Origin: an uncultured delta proteobacterium
Lineage (GTDB): Bacteria; Myxococcota_A; Polyangia; Polyangiales; Polyangiaceae
DNA length: 64,000 nucleotides
Direction of reading: 5' to 3'
Assembly: GCA_963696385.1 (NCBI GenBank)
Contig: CAVOKF010000008.1
Coordinates: 768,001-832,000, forward strand
Shown: one piece after another, positions 20,822 through 29,186 of the stretch
Position numbering within the stretch: position 1 is the stretch's first letter
Layout: each line of letters starts with the position of its first letter
Position numbers and translations under genes: made by a program
Notes under the pieces: generated by a model
Databases searched by the model: none
The model's input: the letters and a program-made list of their open reading frames with translations, nothing else
Told to the model about the DNA's origin: nothing

Positions 20822-21367
20822 TCAATCTTCGAATTTCGGAAAACGCTGGGCGATGTCCGCGCCCGTGAAGCGCGCGACCCAGCCGTCGGCATTCGTGAAC
20901 AGGCGTATCGCCGCGAACCGAGGCTGAGGTCCCATATCGAACCAATGCGTCGTTTGGGCCGGAACGCTGATCAGATCGCCACGCTCACACCGCACGGTGT
21001 ACACGTGGTCGCCGATGTGCAGATAAAAGGCGCCCGCGCCTTCCACGAAAAAGCGGACCTCGTCCTCCGAGTGGGTGTGCTCGTTCAAGAACTTGGCTCG
21101 CATCACGTCTTTCTGTGGATGGTCCGGCAGCATCCGCACGACGTCCACCGACCGATAGCCGTGGGCCTGCATCAGCCGGTCAATGTCGCGTCGATAAGCG
21201 TCGATGACGGTTGCTTCGTCGGCAGTCGGCGCAAACTCGGCCGCCGCTTGCCAGCGCTCGAAGCGGACGCCGGCCCTTTCGAGATGCTGGGCGATTTGCT
21301 TGCCATCGGCGGTATCGATGGGAGAGTCCGCGGGGGATTCGTGATGATACACGCGCAGCCTGCTCAT
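20822..21367 (-). CDS. mtnD: Acireductone dioxygenase
   Basis: FLNEHTHSEDEVRFFVEG, GDLISVP, HWFDMG, AIRLF. Confidence 0.95.
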   Translation of the reverse strand: MSRLRVYHHESPADSPIDTADGKQIAQHLERAGVRFERWQAAAEFAPTADEATVIDAYRRDIDRLMQAHGYRSVDVVRMLPDHPQKDVMRAKFLNEHTHSEDEVRFFVEGAGAFYLHIGDHVYTVRCERGDLISVPAQTTHWFDMGPQPRFAAIRLFTNADGWVARFTGADIAQRFPKFED

Positions 21368-21615
21368 GAACCTTGCCCGCCTCGAGCGCCCATGAGCTTG
21401 CGTCGTCTCCCGCCCCCGCCGCAGCGCTTGCGCGCTCCTCGTGATCTCCGCTCAGGGTGTCTCGGATGCACGCGCCATCCTCGCACACTCGGAGCCCAAA
21501 GGGCAGTCTGACTCGGTGCGACCAAGACCGGCAGCCCAACGCCGGCGCAAAACGGCGGGACCGCTTGCCGGCCAAGGCGATCGAGCATGAAATACGGCAA
21601 AAGCCGCATACTCAT
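21364..21615 (-). CDS. 83-aa hypothetical ORF bridging mtnB and mtnD
   Basis: ATGA overlap with the mtnB stop and ATGA overlap with the mtnD start; no recognisable domain. Confidence 0.35.
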   Translation of the reverse strand: MSMRLLPYFMLDRLGRQAVPPFCAGVGLPVLVAPSQTALWAPSVRGWRVHPRHPERRSRGARKRCGGGGRRRKLMGARGGQGS

Positions 21616-22220
21616 CGCCGAAGATTTCTCTTTACCAGCTCGCACGCAAAGAGAAACTCGAACGTTTCGACGGAGCGCAAGGCTTCCTCCATCGTCGTGC
21701 CCCAGGTGTAGAGGCCATGCCCGCGAATGAGATAGCCGGGATACGGCGCACTCTTCCAGCGCTCCGTCACGCTGCCGGCAAGAGAGACCATATCCTGCGT
21801 GTTGTCGAAAATCGGCACGGATACGATCGTATCGTGTGTAGAAATGCCCGGAAAAGCTTTGAGTAGCTCGTATCCTTTCAGCTCGAGAGCGCATTTCCCA
21901 TCGGACTCCAAGCCGAGCACGGTACTGTGGACCGAGTGGGTGTGAACGACCGCCCCCACGCTCGGATCCAGCCGGTACATCACCGCGTGCAGCGGCGTCT
22001 CGGCCGACGGGCGTCGATCGTCGGTCGGTCTGCCGTCGTAGTCGACCAACATGACGTCCGCCACGGTCAAACGACCCTTGTGACGCCCCGACACGGTGAT
22101 GGCGATGTGCAAGGGATCGAGGCGTATAGAGTAGTTTCCTGCCGTCGCCGGCGCCCACCCGCGGGCATCGAGCCATTGGCCCGCGCTTGCGATGAGCGAT
22201 GCGGCCTCTGCAATGTGCAT
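21612..22220 (-). CDS. mtnB: Methylthioribulose-1-phosphate dehydratase
   Basis: WAPATAGNYS, TVSGRHKG, RPSAETPLH, HTHS, GYELLKAF, LIRGHGLYTWG. Confidence 0.95.
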   Translation of the reverse strand: MHIAEAASLIASAGQWLDARGWAPATAGNYSIRLDPLHIAITVSGRHKGRLTVADVMLVDYDGRPTDDRRPSAETPLHAVMYRLDPSVGAVVHTHSVHSTVLGLESDGKCALELKGYELLKAFPGISTHDTIVSVPIFDNTQDMVSLAGSVTERWKSAPYPGYLIRGHGLYTWGTTMEEALRSVETFEFLFACELVKRNLRR

Positions 22221-22555
22221 CGTAAGGTCTCCGCCGAACCGCGCGGGTTCGCCCAACCATTTGCCCCGATGGTAGCCGGACGCACGCGCCGATGCACCGC
22301 TCGCAGGGCGACGACGGCGCGGCAGGGCCCACGCTGTCGGCCTCCGGAAACCGCATGCTCGTTTCCGAAAATCGGTCGGCAGCGGGGCGCGAGTTCCCGG
22401 CGGGCGATGCGCTTTCTCGCTTCGTTCGACGAAATCCCCAGAGGCGTGCGCGCGGGTCCGAAAGTTGCTGACCGGTGCGGCGTCGAGCGTCACCGATTCG
22501 CTTATCGGAGCTCACACCCGCAATCGGCTTACGGCCGCCATTCGGAGACACCGGA

Positions 22556-24832
22556 ATGATGATTGGATTGAACTCGATGCGCCATGCCACTCTACTTGCG
22601 GCGGCCGCCTGGATCGGCAGCGCGGGTGCGACCGCGGTGGGCTGCTCGGGGACCTCGACCAGCGTGGGAGGCAGCGCGAACAGCACCGGTTCGAGCCCCG
22701 GGACCGACACCGGTGTGGTGGGCCTCGCCATTACGTTGCCGGGCGGTGAATCGGTCACGGACATCACCTACGAGCTCGTCGACAGCGCGGGATCGCCCGT
22801 GTCCATTCCTGGGGTGGCCAACCCGGGCACGATCGCGGTCAACGACAGCAATTCGATCGCCTTTCAGCTGGGCGGCATGCCTGCCGCCACCGGCGACTCG
22901 ATCCGCCTCACGGCCACGACGACGGGCGGAGCCAGCTGTCAGGGCAGCGCCAGCGGGATCCACGTCGCGGCGGGCGGGACACAGACCGTGGACGTCCTGA
23001 TGCTTTGCTCGCTTCCCGGTGCCGATGCGGGCAACCTTTTCGTCGCCGCCACCGCGAGCTACTGCGGCACGTGGACAGCGCTCTCGAGCGCCGGAAGCGA
23101 AGCTTACGTCGGAGAGACCATCACGCTGACGGCCACGGCGACCGGTCCCAATCCGACGAACCTCGGATACACGTGGACCATGTCCAATCCAATCGGCGTC
23201 TTCGGAGCGATCGAAGCCGACGGCGGAGTCGGCACTCCGGGTCACGACGAGGCCGTAGGCCCCTCCGACCCGATGACGCTTCTGTGCACGTCACCCGGAA
23301 CGACCACGGTCACGTTGGTCGTCGACGACGGACCGGTGCCCGCCGGCGCCGGAGCCTGTCCGACCCCCCTCAGCACCACGACCACGACGGTCGTATGCGA
23401 CCCGTACCCGGCCAATCAGGTCGAATCGGCCTGGGTGGAAATCGGCTCCGGGAACGTGGTCATCGCGCGTGCCCTTACCGCCCTAGCTCCGGCGGATGCC
23501 GGAACGAACCCCTGCCCGAACATCACGCTCAACGGCGGCGCGCCGCAGCCCATGAATCTTCGGGCCGCCGCGACCACGAGCCTGCCTCTGCGCACGACGA
23601 TCGTCACACCCAACAAGCCGTCGATGTTCCCCGTGAGCTCGTGCGAGCTTACCCTGCCCGCGGGCACGACGAGCGCCGTGGTCGCCGGACAGTCGCTCCC
23701 GCTTCCGAAAGCGAATCCGCAGAAGGTCGTCGTCCTCGGCGACACCGGTTGCCGATTGGAAGTTGGCAATGGGTTTCAGAATTGCAACGATCCGACGCAG
23801 TATCCCTTCGCCACAATCGCCGCTCTGGCTGCGGCGCAGCAGCCGGACCTCGTCCTGCACGTCGGCGACTACCAGTACCGGGAGACCGAATGCCCGCCGG
23901 GTATGTCCACCGCATCCGGATGCGGCGGAAGCCCGTGGGGCTACGGCTGGGACACCTGGGAGGCTGACTTTTTTACTCCCGGCGCACCCTTGCTGGCCGC
24001 GGCGCCCTGGATCATGGTGCGAGGCAATCATGAGATGTGCAACCGTGCCGGACAAGGCTGGTACCGCTTCCTGGACACCAATCCGTTCGATCCCGTCACC
24101 AAGAACTGCAACAGCGCGGCCAACGACACCATCGCGGCCGGTGGCAGCTACAACGACCCTTACCTGGTCTCGATCAACTCGAGCACCGAGCTCGTGGTCT
24201 TCGACTCGTCGGACGGCCCGAAGACTTTGCCTGCGACGAGCAGCGTAGCGTACACCACGTACCAGGCCGAGTTGGAGGCCGCGGGCGCTCTGCTGGCAAA
24301 CCCGCCGGCCGATATTTCGTTCAATTGGTGGGCCAACCATCACCCGATCCTGGGCTACGCCACGGCCACTCCGCCGGCCCTACCGGCTACGACTCTTCCC
24401 GGACTGGCTCCCATCTTCAACGCCGTGTTTCCGAACACGTACTTCCCGCCGAGCGTCAACCTGGTCCTGCACGGCCACACCCACGACTTTCAGGCCATCG
24501 ACTTCGCGCAGGGGACGGCGGCCGACGGCGGGATTTACTCGAATCCGGCGACGATCGTCAGCGGCAATGCAGGCGACTTGCTCGACGTCGCCCTTCCGTG
24601 GCCCATCAACGGGCCTGACCCTGGCGTGACCGTCGCGAGCGAAGGGGATGCCGGTGTCGTCGGTACCTCCATGGCCAACTCGGCCGCGTTCGGGTACATG
24701 GTCTTTGAGTATCAGAGCTCCAGCAACACCTGGATCGCGACGGAGTATCGAGTGGACAACAGCGTCCGAGACACGTGCACCGTGCAGACGAGCGGCCAGA
24801 TGTCTTGTGCGTCGTGGGGGTATTTGCCGTGA
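22556..24832 (+). CDS. Secreted lipoprotein with Ig-like N-terminal domains and a calcineurin-like metallophosphoesterase domain
   Basis: GDTGC, HVGDYQY, RGNHE, HHP and GHTH motifs; lipobox AVGC. Confidence 0.88.
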   Translation: MMIGLNSMRHATLLAAAAWIGSAGATAVGCSGTSTSVGGSANSTGSSPGTDTGVVGLAITLPGGESVTDITYELVDSAGSPVSIPGVANPGTIAVNDSNSIAFQLGGMPAATGDSIRLTATTTGGASCQGSASGIHVAAGGTQTVDVLMLCSLPGADAGNLFVAATASYCGTWTALSSAGSEAYVGETITLTATATGPNPTNLGYTWTMSNPIGVFGAIEADGGVGTPGHDEAVGPSDPMTLLCTSPGTTTVTLVVDDGPVPAGAGACPTPLSTTTTTVVCDPYPANQVESAWVEIGSGNVVIARALTALAPADAGTNPCPNITLNGGAPQPMNLRAAATTSLPLRTTIVTPNKPSMFPVSSCELTLPAGTTSAVVAGQSLPLPKANPQKVVVLGDTGCRLEVGNGFQNCNDPTQYPFATIAALAAAQQPDLVLHVGDYQYRETECPPGMSTASGCGGSPWGYGWDTWEADFFTPGAPLLAAAPWIMVRGNHEMCNRAGQGWYRFLDTNPFDPVTKNCNSAANDTIAAGGSYNDPYLVSINSSTELVVFDSSDGPKTLPATSSVAYTTYQAELEAAGALLANPPADISFNWWANHHPILGYATATPPALPATTLPGLAPIFNAVFPNTYFPPSVNLVLHGHTHDFQAIDFAQGTAADGGIYSNPATIVSGNAGDLLDVALPWPINGPDPGVTVASEGDAGVVGTSMANSAAFGYMVFEYQSSSNTWIATEYRVDNSVRDTCTVQTSGQMSCASWGYLP

Positions 24833-24839
24833 TCGGCGC

Positions 24840-26159
24840 GTGATCGGACGAGCCTCGAGCGGCAGTCGGCGGGGGTCCTTCGGGGCCGACGCCGCCTGCG
24901 TCGTTCTGTCGCTCGCATTCGCTGGGTGCGGCGACAGCTCTACGGCGGGCGCGTCGCGACCGGTCTCTTCCGGATCGCACATCACGGCGTCCGAGGCCCG
25001 TCCTGCAGCGATGGTTGCCCGGGTCGACCTGACACCACCCCGCCGGGTGCCCGAGCCGACCTCGCGCGAGCGTCTCGGGCGAGCGATCTTCTTCGATGCC
25101 CGACTGTCCAGTCCAGCGGGCGTGAGCTGCGCGACCTGCCACGACCCCGACAAAGCCTTTTCGGGCAACCACGGGTCGACCACCGGCGTCGCGCTCGGAA
25201 GCCGAGCGGGCCACTTTGCGCGCCGCAACACGCCTTCGGTTCTTTACATGAAGTACGTTCCGGTCTTTCACTTTGCCCTCGAGGACGACGACGATCTCGC
25301 CGAGTCGCCGTTCGGGGGGTTCACCTGGAGCGGTCGGGCCGACTCCGTAGCCGAATTCTCACGGCTGCCGCTTCTCGACGCCGACGAGATGAACAACGGC
25401 AGCGAAGCGGCGGTTTTGGCGAAGCTGAGAGACGCGAGCTACGCCGGCGAGCTGTCGCACGAGTTTCCCGGTGCCCTCGACGCGCCGGCACCGGCCCTGC
25501 GAGCGGTGGGCGAAGCCTTGCAAGCGTTCTTGACGAGCGATGCGATGTCTCCCTTCAGCTCGAAGTTCGATGACTTCTTGCGCGGGCGTGCCCGGCTCTC
25601 GCCTCTCGAGATGCGAGGGCTCAAGACCTTCGAGAATCCCGGCAAAGGCGCCTGCAACGCTTGCCACGTCGTGTACGACGCGTGGAACCGTCCCGAGGCG
25701 TCGCTCTTCACGAACTACGGCTACGACGCGCTCGGCGTACCGCGAAACCGCGCGGTGGCCGCCAACGCCGATCCGAACCGCTACGACCTGGGGCTCTGCG
25801 AGCGCGTACAGACCCGTGTCCCATCGTCGGATCCGCAGTGGTGCTTGCGGTTTCGCACCCCGTCGCTTCGCAACGTGGCCGTTCGCGAACGCTTCATGCA
25901 CAATGGCGTATTCTCCAAGCTACGGGACGCCGTAGCGTTCTACGCTACGCGGTCCACGAATCCCCATCTCTGGTACCCTTCGGGTGCAAAGTTCGACGAT
26001 GCGCCGCCCAAGTACCGTCGCAATGTCAACGTGGTCTCGCTCCCGTACAACGGAACCGAGGGTGCCGCCCCCGTGTTGAACGACGAGGACATCGACGCCA
26101 TCGTGGCTTTCTTGCAAACGCTGACCGACGAGCCGTACCGCAGCCGTACTCCTCCGTGA
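24840..26159 (+). CDS. Diheme cytochrome c peroxidase / MauG superfamily lipoprotein
   Basis: LGRAIFFDARLS, CATCH, RNTPS, CNACH, FRTPSLRNVA, FMHNG, IVAFLQTLTD. Confidence 0.92.
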   Translation: MIGRASSGSRRGSFGADAACVVLSLAFAGCGDSSTAGASRPVSSGSHITASEARPAAMVARVDLTPPRRVPEPTSRERLGRAIFFDARLSSPAGVSCATCHDPDKAFSGNHGSTTGVALGSRAGHFARRNTPSVLYMKYVPVFHFALEDDDDLAESPFGGFTWSGRADSVAEFSRLPLLDADEMNNGSEAAVLAKLRDASYAGELSHEFPGALDAPAPALRAVGEALQAFLTSDAMSPFSSKFDDFLRGRARLSPLEMRGLKTFENPGKGACNACHVVYDAWNRPEASLFTNYGYDALGVPRNRAVAANADPNRYDLGLCERVQTRVPSSDPQWCLRFRTPSLRNVAVRERFMHNGVFSKLRDAVAFYATRSTNPHLWYPSGAKFDDAPPKYRRNVNVVSLPYNGTEGAAPVLNDEDIDAIVAFLQTLTDEPYRSRTPP

Positions 26160-26239
26160 GGAATCGGGCGATCGCCGTCCCTCGGGTCAGGGCTGCGTTC
26201 GACGTGCTCCGAGGGTGCTTTTGGCGTAGGTGAAAGCGT

Positions 26240-26449
26240 GTGCCCTACGCGATGAACGACGATCTGCCCCCTTCGGTTCGGGATCACCTGCCGTCTCACG
26301 CGCAGGACATCTTCCGCGAAGCGTTCAATCACGCATTCGACCGATACGACGAAGCGACGGCTTTCCGCATCGCGTGGGCCGCGGTCAAGCGAAGCTACGA
26401 GAAGGTTGGATCGGAATGGGTGCCGCGGGGCCAGCCGTGGACTCGATAA
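26240..26449 (+). CDS. chaB: ChaB family protein
   Basis: LPPSVRDHLPSHAQDIFREAFNHA and IAWAAVKRSYEK. Confidence 0.9.
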   Translation: MPYAMNDDLPPSVRDHLPSHAQDIFREAFNHAFDRYDEATAFRIAWAAVKRSYEKVGSEWVPRGQPWTR

Positions 26450-26623
26450 CCAAATCGGAATACGCCCTTGCGAGCCGACGCGACGTCGCCGTCGATTGAG
26501 GGACCGGCTTGACCGCGAGCTCTTCGCCGGGCGCCTGCTCACCGGGGCACGCCACTGCGTTCGACATTCCGCGCGCCGCCGGAGCGGCCGAGCTATCCTC
26601 GTGCACCCAACGCCAGGAGTACG

Positions 26624-27628
26624 ATGGAATACGCACGACTCGGTGCGACCGGCCTCAAGGTCTCTCGCATCTGCCTCGGGTGCATGAGCTACGGAGACCC
26701 CGACAGGACGTCGCCAGACGGCTCCCGGCGCTGGCCGTGGGCCCTGCGCGAAGCCGAGGCGCGGCCGTTTTTCGCGCGAGCGCTCGACGTCGGCATCAAC
26801 TTCTTCGATACGGCGAACGTCTATTCGGCGGGCGCGAGCGAGGAGGTGGTCGGCCGCGCGCTCAAGGAACTCGCGCGTCGCGAGGACCTCGTGATCGCCA
26901 CGAAGGTCCACGGCGCGATGAGCCCTGGACCGAACGGCCAGGGCCTGTCGCGCAAGGCGATCTTTCAGGAGATCGACGCGAGCCTGCGTCGGCTGGGAAC
27001 GGACTACGTGGATTTGTACCAGATCCACCGATGGGACAACGAGACACCGATCGAAGAAACCCTCCAAGCGCTCGATGACGTCGTACGCGCCGGCAAGGTC
27101 CGGTATCTCGGCGCTTCCTCGATGCACGCCTGGCAGTTCAGCAAAGCCCTTCACCTCGCGGAACGGCACGGTTGGGCCCGTTTCGTATCCATGCAGAACC
27201 ACTACAACCTGCTCTATCGCGAAGAGGAGCGCGAAATGACCGCCCTCTGCCGCGACCAAGGGATTGGCATGATCCCGTGGAGCCCGCTCGCGCGCGGACG
27301 CCTGGCACGCGGCGCGATACCCTCCGAAAGGACGCTGCGATCCCAGTCGGATCGTTTCGGCAAGTCCCTCTACGGGGTCTTCGCCGACGCAGACGCGCTC
27401 GTGCTCGAACGCGTGGACGCGGTCGCCAAGGCGCGCGGGGTACCGAACGCGCAGATCGCGCTCGCCTGGCTCCTGCGGCAAGAAGGGGTCACGGCGCCGA
27501 TCGTCGGAGCTACGAAGCTGCAGCAACTCGACGATGCCGTCGCTTCTCTCTCATTGAAACTTTCCGACGACGAGGCGCGTCGGCTCGAGGAGCGGTACGT
27601 GCCCCACGCCGTCGCAGGCTTTGCGTGA
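26624..27628 (+). CDS. Aldo/keto reductase
   Basis: LGCMSYG, FFDTANVYSAG, DYVDLYQIHRWD, WSPLARG. Confidence 0.95.
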   Translation: MEYARLGATGLKVSRICLGCMSYGDPDRTSPDGSRRWPWALREAEARPFFARALDVGINFFDTANVYSAGASEEVVGRALKELARREDLVIATKVHGAMSPGPNGQGLSRKAIFQEIDASLRRLGTDYVDLYQIHRWDNETPIEETLQALDDVVRAGKVRYLGASSMHAWQFSKALHLAERHGWARFVSMQNHYNLLYREEEREMTALCRDQGIGMIPWSPLARGRLARGAIPSERTLRSQSDRFGKSLYGVFADADALVLERVDAVAKARGVPNAQIALAWLLRQEGVTAPIVGATKLQQLDDAVASLSLKLSDDEARRLEERYVPHAVAGFA

Positions 27629-27688
27629 GCGGGGTCGACGCGCTTGGCGAGCGCGCCCGTCGGGCAGCCCCATGCCGGCACGGTACCG

Positions 27689-28384
27689 CTAAATACCGAA
27701 ATCAACCCGCGGAATCGGCGGCATCGGCTGCGAGGCGGACTTCGGGACGGCCGACGCCACCGAACGAGGGGCCACGCGGACGGCTGACGCACTAGGAAAC
27801 GTCGTTGCGATGGGCTCAGGGGAAGCCGTATCAATCCGCGGTGGGCCAAAAGCCATTGCGGAGCTCGGGGGCGCGGCGCGAATTGCGGCAGCGGAGGACG
27901 CCGTCTCGGCCCCGGACGGCGTCGGCGGCCACGAAAGCTCGCTTGCGGCGGGCAGCCGGCCCGGAAGCAATGCGGGCGTAACCGACGGCGTCGTTGCAAC
28001 GTCGCCGGCATGGCTACCGGTCGCGGACCAAATGACGAGCGCGAGGAGCACCGTGACGCCGACGCCAAGCGCAATCCACAACGGCCGCGTCGAGCGCCGA
28101 GCAAACGCAGGCACATCGAAATCCGTCGAGTCCACAGGCCCCGACCGATTCGCCAGGCCCGCAAAGGCGGCGTGGTACGGCTCCCAAGACGGCCGAAATG
28201 CGGTGGCGAGCTGTTCCAGGTCCTCTTGTGCGGCCTCACTTGGGATCCCGCCGTCGCCGGCACCGCAACTCAAGGGCTGCTGCCCGCTTACCATGGCACA
28301 CGACCGTACCATCGGCCGTTGGGGCGGACCATTCCCCGGCGACGAATCGGGACCGCAAGATGCCGACCGCGGCTTGTGCGGCAA
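27689..28384 (-). CDS. Hypothetical single-TM protein with a Pro/Ala-rich C-terminus
   Basis: One TM helix (LWIALGVGVTVLLALVIW); start uncertain. Confidence 0.55.
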   Translation of the reverse strand: MPHKPRSASCGPDSSPGNGPPQRPMVRSCAMVSGQQPLSCGAGDGGIPSEAAQEDLEQLATAFRPSWEPYHAAFAGLANRSGPVDSTDFDVPAFARRSTRPLWIALGVGVTVLLALVIWSATGSHAGDVATTPSVTPALLPGRLPAASELSWPPTPSGAETASSAAAIRAAPPSSAMAFGPPRIDTASPEPIATTFPSASAVRVAPRSVASAVPKSASQPMPPIPRVDFGI

Positions 28385-29186
28385 TTGACGAGCTCGCCGG
28401 CCCGAGGAAGGCCGTCCGTGTCATCGGCTGAAATGGACCGCCGCTTTCCGAACTGCCACGGGTTGCAAACATGAAGTGGAGAAGGCCCAGAGCAACGCGA
28501 TCGGAAGGTTTGTCCGGAGTGCCGCCCGCCTGGCGCAACCGGGCAGGACAAATGGCCCTGCGCTGAAACGCGAAAAGTGCGGGAGCCCTCTTGGGTCCAC
28601 CCGCGCGCCGCGCGGCCGCGTCGCGACGCGCAACTGTCACAAAGGCCCCACGGCGTACACGGCAAGTCGAGCGCGCCGCATTCGATTCCTATCGACGGAA
28701 GGAAACTGAGCCATCCTGGGCCAATTGAGATTTCGGTGTCGCGATGGGGGTTAGCCCGTGACGGGTACCTTGGCCGTGTCCGGCGGCATTTGTCGGCACT
28801 CCTGTTCGCGGCATGTCGAGTGCAGTTCGCAGCGCCGCCGCGGCGAGACTTCAATCGGACGCGGCCGTGCGGAGACGAAAACTCGACCTCCGATCATTCG
28901 GCCAAACGACTGCCCACTTCTCATTCGATGTTTCCGACAGTCGGAATGGAGAACTCGGCTCGTGGCATAAACTTCGAGTCGACACATTTTTTGTGACGGA
29001 ATCACCCGCCGTCGCGCCTTTAACGGAAAGGGGCATTTATTCGCGCGATGGGAGGGCGAAGCAGGTGTTCGCGCGAGACACGCACGGGTCTCGCTTTGCG
29101 CTCGCGATCTCAGAATCCGGGCGCGCACGCCGTCGTGTGTGCGCTCCGGAAGCGGAACATAGAATCCATAGTAGGGAGGAATCCAT

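Noticed and set aside
22221..22555. Possible SAM/SAH riboswitch upstream of mtnB
   Set aside because: No recognisable consensus on the minus strand.
28560..28715. Cobalamin riboswitch-like words CGCAACTGT and GGAAGG
   Set aside because: Other conserved blocks (AGGGAA, GCCACTG, the B12 box) are not recognisable.
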